Shown here: in pieces, positions 1-11,818 of the stretch
Layout of the letters: each line of letters opens with the position of its first letter
How positions within the stretch are numbered: the first letter of the stretch is position 1
Assembly: GCF_001194135.2 (NCBI RefSeq)
Contig: NC_068993.1
Span: forward strand, 63,326,935-63,390,934
Reading direction: 5' to 3'
Length of the DNA: 64,000 nt
Origin: Octopus bimaculoides
Taxonomy: Eukaryota
The notes under the pieces: model-generated
What the model was told of the DNA's origin: nothing
What the model saw: the letters and a program-made list of their open reading frames with translations, nothing else
The model's database searches: none
Made by a program: the position numbers and the translations under genes

Positions 1-315
1 CCAGTCAGGTGGTAGTGGCAATGACCACGCTCAAATGATGTTTTTTACATGCTACCTGCACAGAAGCCAGTTCAACAGCACTGGCAACGACCATGCTTGA
101 ATGTTGTCTTTGATTATTATATCGAAAATTTGGTGCTGGTGCCACATAAAAAGCACCCAGTACATTTCTGTAAAGTGGTTGGTATTAGAAAGGCCATATA
201 ACTAGAAATCATGCCAAAACTGACAATGGAGCCTGTTGTGGCTGTTGGCCTTGCCAGCTCTTGTCAAACCGTCCAACCCATGCCAGCATGAAAAACAGAC
301 GTCAAATGATGATAT
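1..315. mobile_element. Diverged RTE LINE 3' UTR fragments (1-110 minus, 130-315 plus)
   Basis: 130-315 matches the RTE 3' end seen at 26240-26431 (aaaagcaccc...gtccaacccatgccagcatg...gtcaaatgatgat). 1-110 matches the 3' UTR repeat units in reverse orientation. Confidence 0.7.
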
Positions 316-443
316 GCTAATGATAAAACAGTTTACTTTGATCTCTTCATGGCTGATTTGTCATGTCCTTTGTTTAATCTGTTTCTCGTCCATTTTCACA
401 TTGCAATATTAATATATTGACCCACTGGACATGGCTGCCAACA

Positions 444-532
444 CTTTATTGTACTTTTGTACAATATTTATTGTACTTTATTGTACTTTTATTGTACTTT
501 TATTGTACTTTTATTGTACTTTTATTGTACTT
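444..532. repeat. 11-bp minisatellite (TTGTACTTTTA)n, about 6 copies
   Basis: Read directly: ttgtacttta ttgtactttt attgtacttt tattgtactt ttattgtact tttattgtac. Confidence 0.9.
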
Positions 533-1043
533 TTGTATCTACTCAGACTTGGCAACAGCCAAGCAGCCAGAAATGATTTCGTCAACTCTCTCTCTCTNNN
601 NNNNNNNNNNNNNNNNNNNNNNNNNNNNNNNNNNNNNNNNNNNNNNNNNNNNNNNNNNNNNNNNNNNNNNNNNNNNNNNNNNNNNNNNNNNNNNNNNNNN
701 NNNNNNNNNNNNNNNNNNNNNNNNNNNNNNNNNNNNNNNNNNNNNNNNNNNNNNNNNNNNNNNNNNNNNNNNNNNNNNNNNNNNNNNNNNNNNNNNNNNN
801 NNNNNNNNNNNNNNNNNNNNNNNNNNNNNNNNNNNNNNNNNNNNNNNNNNNNNNNNNNNNNNNNNNNNNNNNNNNNNNNNNNNNNNNNNNNNNNNNNNNN
901 NNNNNNNNNNNNNNNNNNNNNNNNNNNNNNNNNNNNNNNNNNNNNNNNNNNNNNNNNNNNNNNNNNNNNNNNNNNNNNNNNNNNNNNNNNNNNNNNNNNN
1001 NNNNNNNNNNNNNNNNNNNNNNNNNNNNNNNNNNNNNNNNNNN

Positions 1044-1094
<51 letters not shown>

Positions 1095-1917
1095 ACTCAT
1101 TGCATCTTCTTTCACTATTACATTTTTTTAGCTCTGTTTCTCGATAGACATTGTCCTCTGCAACTAGAATCGGACCTGTTTCTGTTCCAGAGCTTCTCAG
1201 CCATTGTTGACTTTCACACTGGTTTACTTGCTCTCCATCAAAGCTTTGCAAAAATATTGGTTATGGTCTGCTACAGGATTGTTATAATAATAATCATCAT
1301 CATCATCATTATCAACATTCTTCTTCTTCTTCTTCTTCTTCTTCTTCTTCTTCTTCTTCTTCTTCTTCTTCTTCTTCTTCTTCTCTTTCACTCTGAGAGG
1401 TACCTAATTGTTTTCTTTCTTATATAAAAAGTAATTTTATACATCTTGGAAATTATTCAAAGTGAACAACTTGCTGTGTCAGAAATTCCCCAACAATATC
1501 CAACAGCTCTGCTATATTTCAGGATTACGCCTATGTCTACATTAAGGTGTAATCTGTCAATGTGTTTAGAGAATTAATTATGCATTACTTCAGTTACACA
1601 TTCCAAGTTTGACCGTCAAATTGGAAACTTAATTAGAATGTTTGCGACCGAGTGTACGCCACTTAAATCACCCAATGTCCACCTTCTGAGAGGCATCCTT
1701 ATAGTTTCTGTCAACCAAATTCCATCTACGTGGCTTGTGTTTATCGTAAGCCTACAACAGAAGACACTTGTCTGTAGAGTTCCATGCAAAAGACCAACCA
1801 CCAAAACCCTACAACTGCAAAGTGATAAGCCATGACAAATGGATGCATTTCTTAAGTGCCATGAAGAATTTAAATCCAATAGCAAATTCCAGAACAGCAT
1901 CTCATTTTATTGGCAGA

Positions 1918-2190
1918 ATCATCATCATCTTCATCATCATTTGGTGTCTATTTTCCTTGCTGGCATGGGTTGGATGGTTTGGCAAGTGCTGGCAAGCTGG
2001 GGAGCTGGGGAGCTGCACCACTCTCCAGTTGTCTGTTTTGGCACAGATTCTATGGCTGGACACCTGTTCTAATGCCAACCACTTTACAGACTGGATGCCT
2101 TTTACATGGCACCAGCATGAGTGCCTCACATGTGGCACCAACACGGATGCTTTTCACATGACACTGGCACAGGTGCTGATGCTGGCATCA
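1918..2190 (-). mobile_element. Diverged RTE LINE 3' end
   Basis: (ATC)n tail followed by gctggcatgggttggatggttt and ttctaatgccaaccac, the reverse complement of the family 3' end. Confidence 0.75.
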
Positions 2191-2234
2191 GAATAAAAAG
2201 CAATGTACAGTAATGTTGCCAAAGACTATATTCT

Positions 2235-2253
2235 GTTTGATTCCAGGCAGTGA

Positions 2254-2301
<48 letters not shown>

Positions 2302-2446
2302 CAACATCAAAAAAATACTTTAGGAATGAGAACCCAGGTTTGAAATTTCCCCAAGACACCTGATGAAGGCTGGAGGGTATACCAGCCGAAACGTTGTTAA
2401 CAACAAACAAGATGAGGACAAATATCCGTCAAATGTAAATAATGTC
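2235..2446 (+). mobile_element. tRNA-headed SINE-like element carrying a hammerhead ribozyme, copy A (B-box onward)
   Basis: gtttgattccaggcagtgacctg(aat)n matches the tRNA-like head at 41885-41938. The 3' part aacaacaaacaagatgaggacaaatatccgtcaaatgtaaataatgt recurs at 6829-6886, 57183-57240 and (minus) 41776-41818. Confidence 0.85.
2355..2398 (+). ncRNA. Minimal type-I hammerhead ribozyme motif
   Basis: GACAC (stem I, 2355-59); CTGATGA (2360-66); extra A (2367); GGCTGG/AGGGTATA/CCAGCC (6-bp stem II, 2368-87); GAAA (2388-91); C-GTT (palindromic AACGTT stem III, GUU triplet 2393-95). The stem I 3' strand is GTT here (2-nt deletion) but GTGTT in copy D (57178-82). Confidence 0.75.
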
Positions 2447-2614
2447 TTGTTTGTTTTGAAGGCAGGATGATATTCTTTGAGAAAGATTTTGGTTAGCATT
2501 TCTAGAAGACATTAAGAAGTTTTTTAATTGATTTTTGTGTGAGTTGTATTTATTCTGCGGCTGGTGATTGTGCAGGGTCCTGTACAAGATCTGTTGTGAT
2601 ATTCAGTAGAAGTA

Positions 2615-2790
2615 AGGTGGCAAAAGCTGACCGAATTGTTTCTGAGTTCAAATTCTGCTGAAGTCAACTTTGCCTTTCGTTCTTTTGGGGTCGATAAAAT
2701 AAGTACCAGTTGCATACTGGGGTCAGTGTAATCGACTTACACCCCTCCCCCCAAATTGCTGGCCTTGTGTCAAAATTTGAAAGCAATAAT
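2615..2790 (+). mobile_element. tRNA-derived SINE, family 1 (gttcaaattc...gtcgactttgcctttcatcctttcggggtcgataaaataagtacc)
   Basis: B-box-like gagttcaaattc; body shared with 27061-27275, 29484-29697 and 19445-19625. Confidence 0.8.
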
Positions 2791-2919
2791 GGGTGGCAGT
2801 TGTGTAAGCTATGCAGGAATGGGAGACCTGTCTTTGAATTCCCTGCACTGGAATTAGCAATTTATTCTGGGCTGATTTGGGGCCAAACAACAACAAGAAC
2901 AGAGTAAATATTTATTGAG

Positions 2920-3143
2920 CTAATGAAGAAGACTTGAGTTGGTTGCTTCATATGCTAGAAAGAGCAGCCAATTCTCCTTCAAATTACATTGTTATGTGAA
3001 AAATGTAGGAGTGTGATGTAGACAATCCTATTTATATTACTGGGTGGAGGACAAATGATCAGGCATGGAATGCTTTTGATGATAGGCCTGTCTGTTTGAC
3101 TAGATGACCTAGGGCTAAACACACAACAACAACAACAACAACT
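2920..3143 (+). mobile_element. SINE-like interspersed repeat with (CAA)n tail, family 2
   Basis: ctagaaagagcagccaattctccttcaaattac...ggaatgcttttgat...gacctagggctaaac(aac)n. Related pieces occur at about 6430-6575, 19020-19230, 24850-25050, 31530-31750, 33020-33430, 57480-57950, 58380-58540 and 61130-61800. Confidence 0.7.
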
Positions 3144-3239
3144 ACGTTTAATGTGTTACGCTTGAGTACGATTGAAATGATTGATCATAATACTAAAGAA
3201 TTAAAGAACAAAGAAGAGAATGTTAAAAAGAGTGTTGTT

Positions 3240-3769
3240 TACTGCAGTGAAGGGGAGTGTGTGTGGTCTGCTACCAACTAAGCTCAATGCAATAACAACA
3301 ACACCAACAACAGCAGCATCTCCAGTTATTTCCATCAGATGATTTACTTGATCTATATATCAAGATAGAGACAAGGAGGAAGGAAGGAAGCTAGGGAGAG
3401 AAAGCTGCCTGCCTGCAACTGGTTCCCCTCTCAAGAGATGTTCCATTAGTTTTGTTTTGGTAGTCAAAACGCCAAAGGAATAATTCCATCACCAACACAA
3501 CCACCACCAACAGCAAAGAAAGAAAAAAAAGCCTCCCCGCTCAAAAAAAAAAAAAAAGGCAAAAAAGTAAAAAAAAAACACAAACAAAAAAAGCTCCTTT
3601 GCAATAAGTATCTCATATCATTTAATTAATTAATTTTAATTTGGAAAAAAGGAAATTTCAAAATCATGAATTTGGTTATTATCTACAGTTGCTTAATGTT
3701 CTTAATTTGTTAAATCATCATCGTTATTATTATTATTATTATTTCATTAAACACATATCAAAGGTAAGA
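3240..3769 (+). other. Candidate non-coding (5' UTR-like) exon ending at a strong splice donor
   Basis: Unique low-complexity, A-tract-rich segment ending in AAG|GTAAGA (exon end 3763). It holds only a short uORF (MNLVIIYSCLMFLIC*). The start coordinate is a guess. Confidence 0.2.
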
Positions 3770-3978
3770 CTTTCTAACTCTCTTTTCCTTGCTTTTTTGA
3801 TTTAGTCTCTCTCTATATTTGCATATATATATATATATATGTGCACACACATTTGCACATACACCCCATGTACACATAATATTATATATATTCACATACA
3901 TGCACTGACATACCTATAGTATACACAAACTTATAAGCATGCACACATTATGTGTGTGTGTGTGTGTGTGTGTGCATG

Positions 3979-4024
<46 letters not shown>

Positions 4025-4083
4025 ATGAATTAGTATATATGTGAATATATATACATGTATTTATCTGCATATAAGTGTGTATG

Positions 4084-4130
<47 letters not shown>

Positions 4131-4334
4131 TGTATTTTTATAAATACAATATATTATATGCATATATGTGTATGCATGCATACAAATGGATGTTTATAAA
4201 TTTGTGACTATATACATACATACTTATATTCATATAACATTATATATATTGAACAAATACACACCTATAAAATTATGTACATACATACATATGTATGTAT
4301 GTATGTAAGTATGTATGTATAATGTTCTAGCTTG

Positions 4335-4896
4335 ATAGTATGGTTAAGAAGTTGGTTTAGTAGCCTGTTGTTTTGGGTTCAATCCCATTTCACTGCAATC
4401 TGTGCCAGTGTCTTACTATTGCGTTTAGCCAACCTGTGCCTCCTTGTGAGTGAAATTGGTCAACAGAAACTGGGTAGAAACCTTTCTTATGTGCAAATCT
4501 TAATATATAGATATGTATTTATTGTTGAGTTTTGGGAGAGTCGTTTTGCTAATAATAACATATGCACTGGTTTGTTACCATTTCTGTATGGTTTATGTAT
4601 GTATGGATGTATGTATGTATGTATGCATGCATGTGTGTGTATATATATATATATATATACAATAAGTAATGAACACAAAAAGACTAGATTCTCTCTCTTT
4701 AGTGTGTGTATCTGTATATATATGAATACATATGTTTGCATGTGTGTGTGTGTATATGTTTGTGTGTGTGTGTGTGTGTGTGTGTTTGTCATCATGGTTG
4801 TTAGTTCTTCCTCTTTATTTGCAGGGAGTTGGTTTGTTTATATTCACATAACTTAGCAGTCCAGCAAAACAGACTCATAGAACAAGTACCAGACAC

Positions 4897-4900
<4 letters not shown>
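4335..4900 (+). mobile_element. tRNA-derived SINE, family 3, split by microsatellites
   Basis: tggttaagaag...gggttcaatcccat head, gccttgtgagtgaaattggt body and acttagcagtccagcaaaacagactcatagaacaagtacc tail, all matching 27848-28223. Confidence 0.65.
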
Positions 4901-4942
<42 letters not shown>

Positions 4943-5154
4943 GAACAATAGAAAACTTCTCTCCAAAAGGATCAACACATTTTTTTTTTCTAAATAAGAA
5001 AAATTTTGTAAAGATTTAATAACTTTTCAGAAATCTTTCTTTGAATATTGTGACTGTTTTGAGTACTTTTTTACAAACTTGGTGCTCCAGCGTGACTGCA
5101 GCCACATGGTTGAAATGAGTGTAAGAATAAAAGAATATATACATACATATGCAT

Positions 5155-5201
<47 letters not shown>

Positions 5202-5225
5202 TCTATGTATATGTGTGTGTATATT

Positions 5226-5693
5226 CCTCAGTCAAACTGTCCAACCCATGCCAGCATGGAAAACAGACGTTAAACGACAATGATTATGATGATGATATAT
5301 ATANNNNNNNNNNNNNNNNNNNNNNNNNNNNNNNNNNNNNNNNNNNNNNNNNNNNNNNNNNNNNNNNNNNNNNNNNNNNNNNNNNNNNNNNNNNNNNNNN
5401 NNNNNNNNNNNNNNNNNNNNNNNNNNNNNNNNNNNNNNNNNNNNNNNNNNNNNNNNNNNNNNNNNNNNNNNNATATTTCGAGCGTGGCCGTTTTCGTGCG
5501 GGTGACACGTAAAAGCACCCACTACACTCTATGAGTGGTTGGCGTTAGGAAGGGCATCCAGCTGTAGAAACTCTGCCAAATCAGACTGGAGCCTGGTGTT
5601 GCCATCCGGTTTCACCAGTCCTCAGTCAAATCGTCCAACCCATGCTAGCATGGAAAGCGGACGTTAAACGATGATGATGATGATGATGATGAT
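5226..5693 (+). mobile_element. Two tandem RTE LINE 3' ends separated by an N-gap
   Basis: 5226-5300 is a short 3' end with a (GAT)n tail. 5473-5693 is near-identical to 36560-36776. Confidence 0.9.
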
Positions 5694-6045
5694 ATACACA
5701 CATGTATATATATGTATGTGCGTTGATGTTATAAGAATTTAGAAACTTTTGAGTGATGTAAGATAAATACCAGTTGAGCACCGAGGATTAATGTGACTGG
5801 CCTACCCCTCTCCCACCACCCCTAGAAATTGCTGGCCTTGTGCTAAAATTAGAAAGAAATGTATTTTATGCGGAAAACAAAAACAGATTTAGAAATAGAG
5901 GAGAAAATGGGAATTATTAGTAAAGGAGACTTTTAATTCTGAAACTGAAATATTTCGTTGTTAAGCAATCACTCGTCAATTTAACTGGCTTTTATACAAC
6001 AAATTCTTCTGCTACCATAAAAACGCTAACACCTGTCACAACCTC

Positions 6046-6078
<33 letters not shown>

Positions 6079-6384
6079 CTGTATATATATATATATCTGT
6101 GTGTATGTATATTTATTTATTCTGTTACTGAAATTCTTTGTGTCAGTTTTCTGCAATCTGTTTATTGAATCAAAATTATTTCTGATTTTCTAGATGTTAT
6201 TTTAAAATTTTTTTTAAAGTTATATTCTTTTATTCCCCCATCTTCCTCTGCTCTTCGATTCTTCTTCCTTTTCTTTTACTCTGGTCTGTCTATTTCTAGA
6301 GAAATCTAAAGAAATCCTAGATTTCTCTCTAATCTTTGATGTGTGTGTGGTGGGGAGGGAGTTCTATACCAAGAAACACTACTA

Positions 6385-6430
<46 letters not shown>

Positions 6431-6808
6431 TGTTGCTGTTTAGCCCTAGGCTGGCTCACATCCAGCTGGGCCTCTGATCAAATGTATGCAACACCATGAC
6501 CATTTGTGATTTGAGGGAGATTTGGCTGCTGTTTTCAGCAAGTCGAGTGAACACCTAGACATTCCCTCATTTGTTTAAAACATTCTATTTGAGGACAGTC
6601 AGTTGACAGAATTGGTAAGGTGCTTGATAGCAATTCTTTAGTGTAATTTATGTTCTTAGTTCAAATCATACCCAGGTTAACTTTGCGTTTTAACTTTCCA
6701 GTGGTTTAATTCCATAACATGGTTAATTAATATGTTTAGTAGAATCCATTCTGCTTTCATTTGGACCAGGTCTCCTGTCTGGGAATAATTTCCACCTGAC
6801 ACTCCTCG

Positions 6809-6886
6809 ATCAGCCGAAATGTTGAGTTAACAACAAACAAGATGAGGACAAATATCCGTCAAATGTAAATAATGTAAATAATGTAC
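6809..6886 (+). mobile_element. Hammerhead-SINE copy B (5'-truncated, 3' half of the ribozyme plus tail)
   Basis: atcagccgaaatgttgagttaacaacaaacaagatgaggacaaatatccgtcaaatgtaaataatgtaaataatgtac. Confidence 0.85.
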
Positions 6887-7416
6887 ATTGACATTGTATT
6901 GAGAAATTTTTTAAAAAAGGAAGAATTTATCAAAAAAACTTTGTCATTATGAATGAAGCTGGTGTATGGAACATCAGTGGTGGTCTTGGGTGGATTGGTA
7001 TCAAAAGGGTTTAATTCATTATGGGTGGGTACTACCCTTCCTCCTCCTCTGCTAAGTTATGTGAAGATAAATTGGAAAGACTTGCTTGAATTATATAAAA
7101 AGAAAAAAAAAAGCCTCAGGATTTCTTTGGCTTCTTTTNNNNNNNNNNNNNNNNNNNNNNNNNNNNNNNNNNNNNNNNNNNNNNNNNNNNNNNNNNNNCC
7201 TCATTGTTATTTTGGCAACGGTCAGGGATTGACTTGGCTTGGTTTTAGGTGAACCAAGTCAAGAGAGAAATTTACTCTTTTGCTCCAAGCCACCACCACC
7301 ACCACCACCACCACCGCTGCTGCTTCTGCTGCCACCATTGCCATTGTTATGAGCTAACGAAGAAGCCTCTACAAAGTTACTCAATCTGTTTTGAATGTAA
7401 GAAAATCCAAAATCTC

Positions 7417-7630
7417 TGAACCCTTTAGTATTCAGATTGTTCTGTCAAATATAATCCTTATTTATTCACATCGTTTTGGATTAATCGTGGATTAGCTAAG
7501 ACATTTTCATGATGTGATTGCTGAGTTTTAGAAAGCCATTGTCGGTTCGGTGTGAGAGGTCAGATCTGGCCAGTTTCAACATAAAACTGGTAGATTGTTT
7601 AGGCCGGATATGGCCAGTTTTAATGCTAAA
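7417..7630. mobile_element. piggyBac-type MITE, copy 1
   Basis: Starts (tgaa)CCCTTTAGTATT and ends AATGCTAAA. The internal sequence is colinear with 18741-18965, whose right end AATACTAAAGGG-TTAA is the exact reverse complement of this left end. Confidence 0.7.
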
Positions 7631-8809
7631 TCACTTTCCATCATTTCAACAAAGGGCTTATAAGTCAGTGTACTTCGAGATACACATAGACAGGATGAAC
7701 ACAGCTGAAATACTTTTGATAATTTGATTTGCTTCTCTTGGACTGACATTTACCAACACCATCATGACGACCACAAAACCCACTGGAGGGGCCAACAATT
7801 GCTGGCCATAGATCCTACTATGTCTCTAAACACCACTGCATCCCCTATGCCTACTACAACACCACCACTGTAATATAACAATGGCTACTAGCACATCTAC
7901 TGCAATCTGTTCTACACTCTGGTCTAATGCGTTCTGTCTAATTTGTCCATCTGTTCGCTGAAGAGATCTGGTTATGACCTCAACAGAGACATTGGCAAAA
8001 ATAAAGATCAGCACAACTAGATTGAAATCTAATGGGACAAATGATTCTGTTGCTATTTTGGTATATTTCTTCTGTATGTATCTGATGTGTGTTGAGATAT
8101 TGGCTGTGGTGTGTGTGTGTGTGTGTGTATTGTGATATTGTGTGAGGGTGAAGATATTGTGTTTGTCTGAATCTGATAAGAAGAAAAGTGATTTTGGAAT
8201 GGTATTTCACTAATGTTGTAGAATGTTGCTGCTTTGTCTATTTTACTCTTTGCACTTAGATATATTAATGTTGTTGTTGTTGTTGTTGTTGTTAACAGTT
8301 AACACCCAACTCAGACCACATTGAACAGACCCATAATCATGTTTGCTGTCCAATGACAATGTAAAATTCACAAATTTTGTTGAATTTTCAGCCTTTGTTC
8401 AAACTTCAGGGTTTGACTAATCCCCTCTTTTTTTTTTTATGGCATAATGTATCCTGGACTACATCATTTAATGTCTTTTCTTGATCATTGTTTAACCCCG
8501 AGCTCAGCTCTTTCACAGCAAAACCTTTGATCAGAAATATTTTGGATGCAAATCATTTTATTTATTATTTATTTATGTTTTTGTTTTTCCCTACAGAATA
8601 GTCGAATATATGAATTGTAAATAGCAAATTTGGTAGAACATTTGATTATAATATCTTATGTATAATATCTTGAAGTAGGAGAGGGAACTGTTTACCAGCC
8701 AGGTAGACTGAAGAAAATGGTGTTATATCCATTACTTTACAACAAGTTTGGCGTGAAGAAGTAAAGTCTGAACACAAGACTATGTTAAACATCTTATGCA
8801 TTGATCCCT

Positions 8810-8990
8810 AACAAAGACCCCCAAATTTTAAGGAAGAGTTGTATTTAATTATATCAACCAACCCCAGTATATGATAGGTATTTATTTTATCAAATAATAT
8901 TAGGTAAGGTTGATTTTGGCAGGATTCGAACTCAGAATGTAATAACATACACTCAACGCCAAGAATTATTATGTCCAACACTCTATTGAT
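8810..8990 (-). mobile_element. Diverged SINE family 1 copy
   Basis: ccccagtatatgataggtatttattttatc...ttttggcaggattcgaactcagaatgt is the reverse complement of the family 1 body and B-box. Confidence 0.6.
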
Positions 8991-9860
8991 TATCTGAATG
9001 CGACATTAATTCAGTCTGCTTTAAATAGTAGCCAAGTGTCTCTCAACCCTTTCTGTTCTGTCATAGAATAATAATTAGAAAAACAAAAGAAATGTGTCAA
9101 TTTTTGATAAACTACGTTTGAACTGCCATAGTTTTAATGTTTTTGATCATAAGGTCTGTTTGATAAGAGTTGACCTCAGGTTAAACAATAACGTTGTTTC
9201 AATAAAAAACCAAGCAAGTAAGCTAAGTTGTTGGCCACCATTTCTGTAGAACAACTGTTCCTTTGCAACTTTTCAATTGAACCCTTGGATCAATCAGTGT
9301 TAGATGGCATCACCAATCAATCATTTGTGAATGCCATATGTATGTCTGCCATTTGATGCCAGATAACAGAACCAATTTTCTCAAGTTAAACCAATTATTG
9401 AATTCATAATAGATTAAAAACAAAACAAAACCATCAATCCCCAATTTTTATTTTTATTTTTTATTTTTGTTTAGTTTTTGATCCTTAGTTGAGATTTTGT
9501 ATTTCTATGGATTTTGGTATCAGATCTTCCCACTTCCTAAACTGTTTCTTCTCTCTTCCCTTTTCCCCTTTCTCTCTCTCTCTCCTTTTCTCCCTTCTTC
9601 TCTCTTACCTCCTTCCTGCTCTCAAATGTATTGACCCAGTTGAATTATTGATTCAATTGATGGATTCTTTGTCTCTCAACTTGTTACACTTCAGCTTTTG
9701 GCTACAGTTTAAAGCTGCAAAAAGCAAAAGAACTCTGGCGATAGGTTGATTGATTGATTGATAGATAGATATGCAGATAGGGAAATAGATAAAAAGAGAC
9801 AGACAGACAGACAGATAGATAGAGAGATAGAAAGATATTGATAGATAAATAGATAAATAG

Positions 9861-9934
<74 letters not shown>

Positions 9935-10255
9935 ATATATATATATGAAGAAGTAAGTTTACATATTAGGATGTGTTTGTCTGTGAGAATAAGAATCGTC
10001 ACAAACTAAAGATCTCAATACTTTGAAAGTGAAGCCTTTGACATTTATTTATTTTCATAAATTTGCAGAGGTTCATCATTGACTTCTCCAGAGTTCTTAA
10101 GAATTCAATCATGAATGAGGCAAATTTGTAAATATACATGTGTGTGTGTGTGTGTGTGTGTGTGCATACACACATACACACACATATATGCATATATATG
10201 AATATACATACATACATATATATATCATCATCATTATTTAACATCCACCTTCCAT

Positions 10256-10294
<39 letters not shown>

Positions 10295-10367
10295 TATTCA
10301 TCTGTTTCTTTGTGTGTATTTGTATGTATGAGTGTGTATATACATATGTGTATGTATGTATGTATAT

Positions 10368-10461
10368 ATCATCATCATCATCATCGTTTAACATCCGCTT
10401 TCCATGCTAGCATGGGTTGGACGATTTGACTGAGGACTGGTGAAACCGGATGGCAACACCA
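10368..10461 (-). mobile_element. Young RTE LINE 3' end (about 90 bp) inside a TA/TG microsatellite
   Basis: (atc)n gtttaacatccgctttccatgctagcatgggttggacgatttgactgaggactggtgaaaccggatggcaacacc. Confidence 0.9.
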
Positions 10462-10529
10462 TGTATATGCATATATGTATGTACATATATATGCATATAC
10501 ATATGTATTTGTGTTTATATACTTATGTA

Positions 10530-10574
<45 letters not shown>

Positions 10575-11253
10575 TGGTAAATACAGATAGATACATTGAT
10601 AAATAGAAGGACAAGCTGGTTGACATAGCAGTATAGACAGACAGACAGACAGACAGACAGACGTGTATGTTGGTAGGAAGGTAGGTAGGTAGGTAAGAGA
10701 AAGGACTGGTAAGTTTTTAGACTGATACATGTATGGCTGTGTGTGTGTGTGAGAGAGAGAGAGAGACTGGGGAATGGAAATAAAAATGATTTTGGTTTAG
10801 GGGTAGGTTTGTGGATACAGGGCTTGATAAAAGCTTTTCAAAACTCTTTTGAGCCATGTTTCTATTGAGAACTAATCACATAGGTTGAGTGGACAGCAAG
10901 GAAAATAGAGAGGAAAGACAGAAGCTGGCAATCACAGCCAGTTGCACAGATAAAAACTAAACATCAGTAAAAGATGTTCAATTGTATTGGAGTTGTATGT
11001 CTTTTTTTGTTTGTTTGTAAGAGTTTTTTTTTCTTTAGTTTTTGAAATCAAAGAAAAAAAAAAGGACAAAATAAGAATCTCTTGTTAAGTGAGAAACTGG
11101 GAACTGATACAATGCTGCTTTACCGTTTGTGGAATTGATTTCATCTGTTTGACGACTTTGATGTTTATGAATAAATAATTGAATTAACCCTTCTTTCTAG
11201 AGTTTTTGCAGATCTCTTTCTAACCAAAATATTGCCTTGTGGAATTGGGTTAT

Positions 11254-11767
11254 GAGAGGGAGAGGGGGGGTGAAGGAGAGAGAGTGAGGAAATGACAGGA
11301 GCGATGTATGGATGGAGAGCTTGGTTGGTAAAAGAGAGAAAGAGAGAGAGAGAGAGAGAGGTAGAAGAAGAGAGTTTGGTAAATAATATCGAGAGAGGGA
11401 GAGAAAGATAGCAAGCTAGCTAGCTAGATAGAGAGATAGATAGAGAGAGAGAGAGAGAGAGAGCGGGAAGAGGTGGAATAAATGGCAGAAAGTTTGGTAG
11501 ATATAAAGCAAGATAAAGGTGAGATTGAGAGAAGTAGGTATAGGGAAAGTGGAGGAGAAAGAAAGGGTGAAGGAAGCAGAGTGATGAGGCAGAGAGAGAT
11601 TTAATAAACATAGAATGGAAGAGAAATTGTTTGGGATGTGGGGAGAGGATTGTTTAGAGAGAGGGGAGTAATGGTGAGGAAGAGAGAGAAAGCCTGAGAA
11701 GACAGAGATAGGAGGGAGAGAAAGAGATAAGGAAGAGACAGATGACAAAAGGAAGAAAGAAAGAGTG
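11254..11767 (+). repeat. About 510-bp strongly purine-biased (GA-rich) low-complexity tract
   Basis: Read directly: the + strand is overwhelmingly A/G with embedded (GA)n and (GATA)n runs. Confidence 0.8.
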
Positions 11768-11787
11768 GGGAAAATATATCTCTGCTC

Positions 11788-11818
<31 letters not shown>

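Noticed and set aside
1505-1552. 24-nt micro-exon candidate tttcag|GATTACGCCTATGTCTACATTAAG|gtgtaa (DYAYVYIK)
   Set aside because: The donor GTGTAA is poor and there is no supporting context.
8575-8910. Strong acceptor ttttccctacAG at 8596 with downstream GT sites
   Set aside because: All three frames close quickly, and the best donor (8903) lies inside a SINE.
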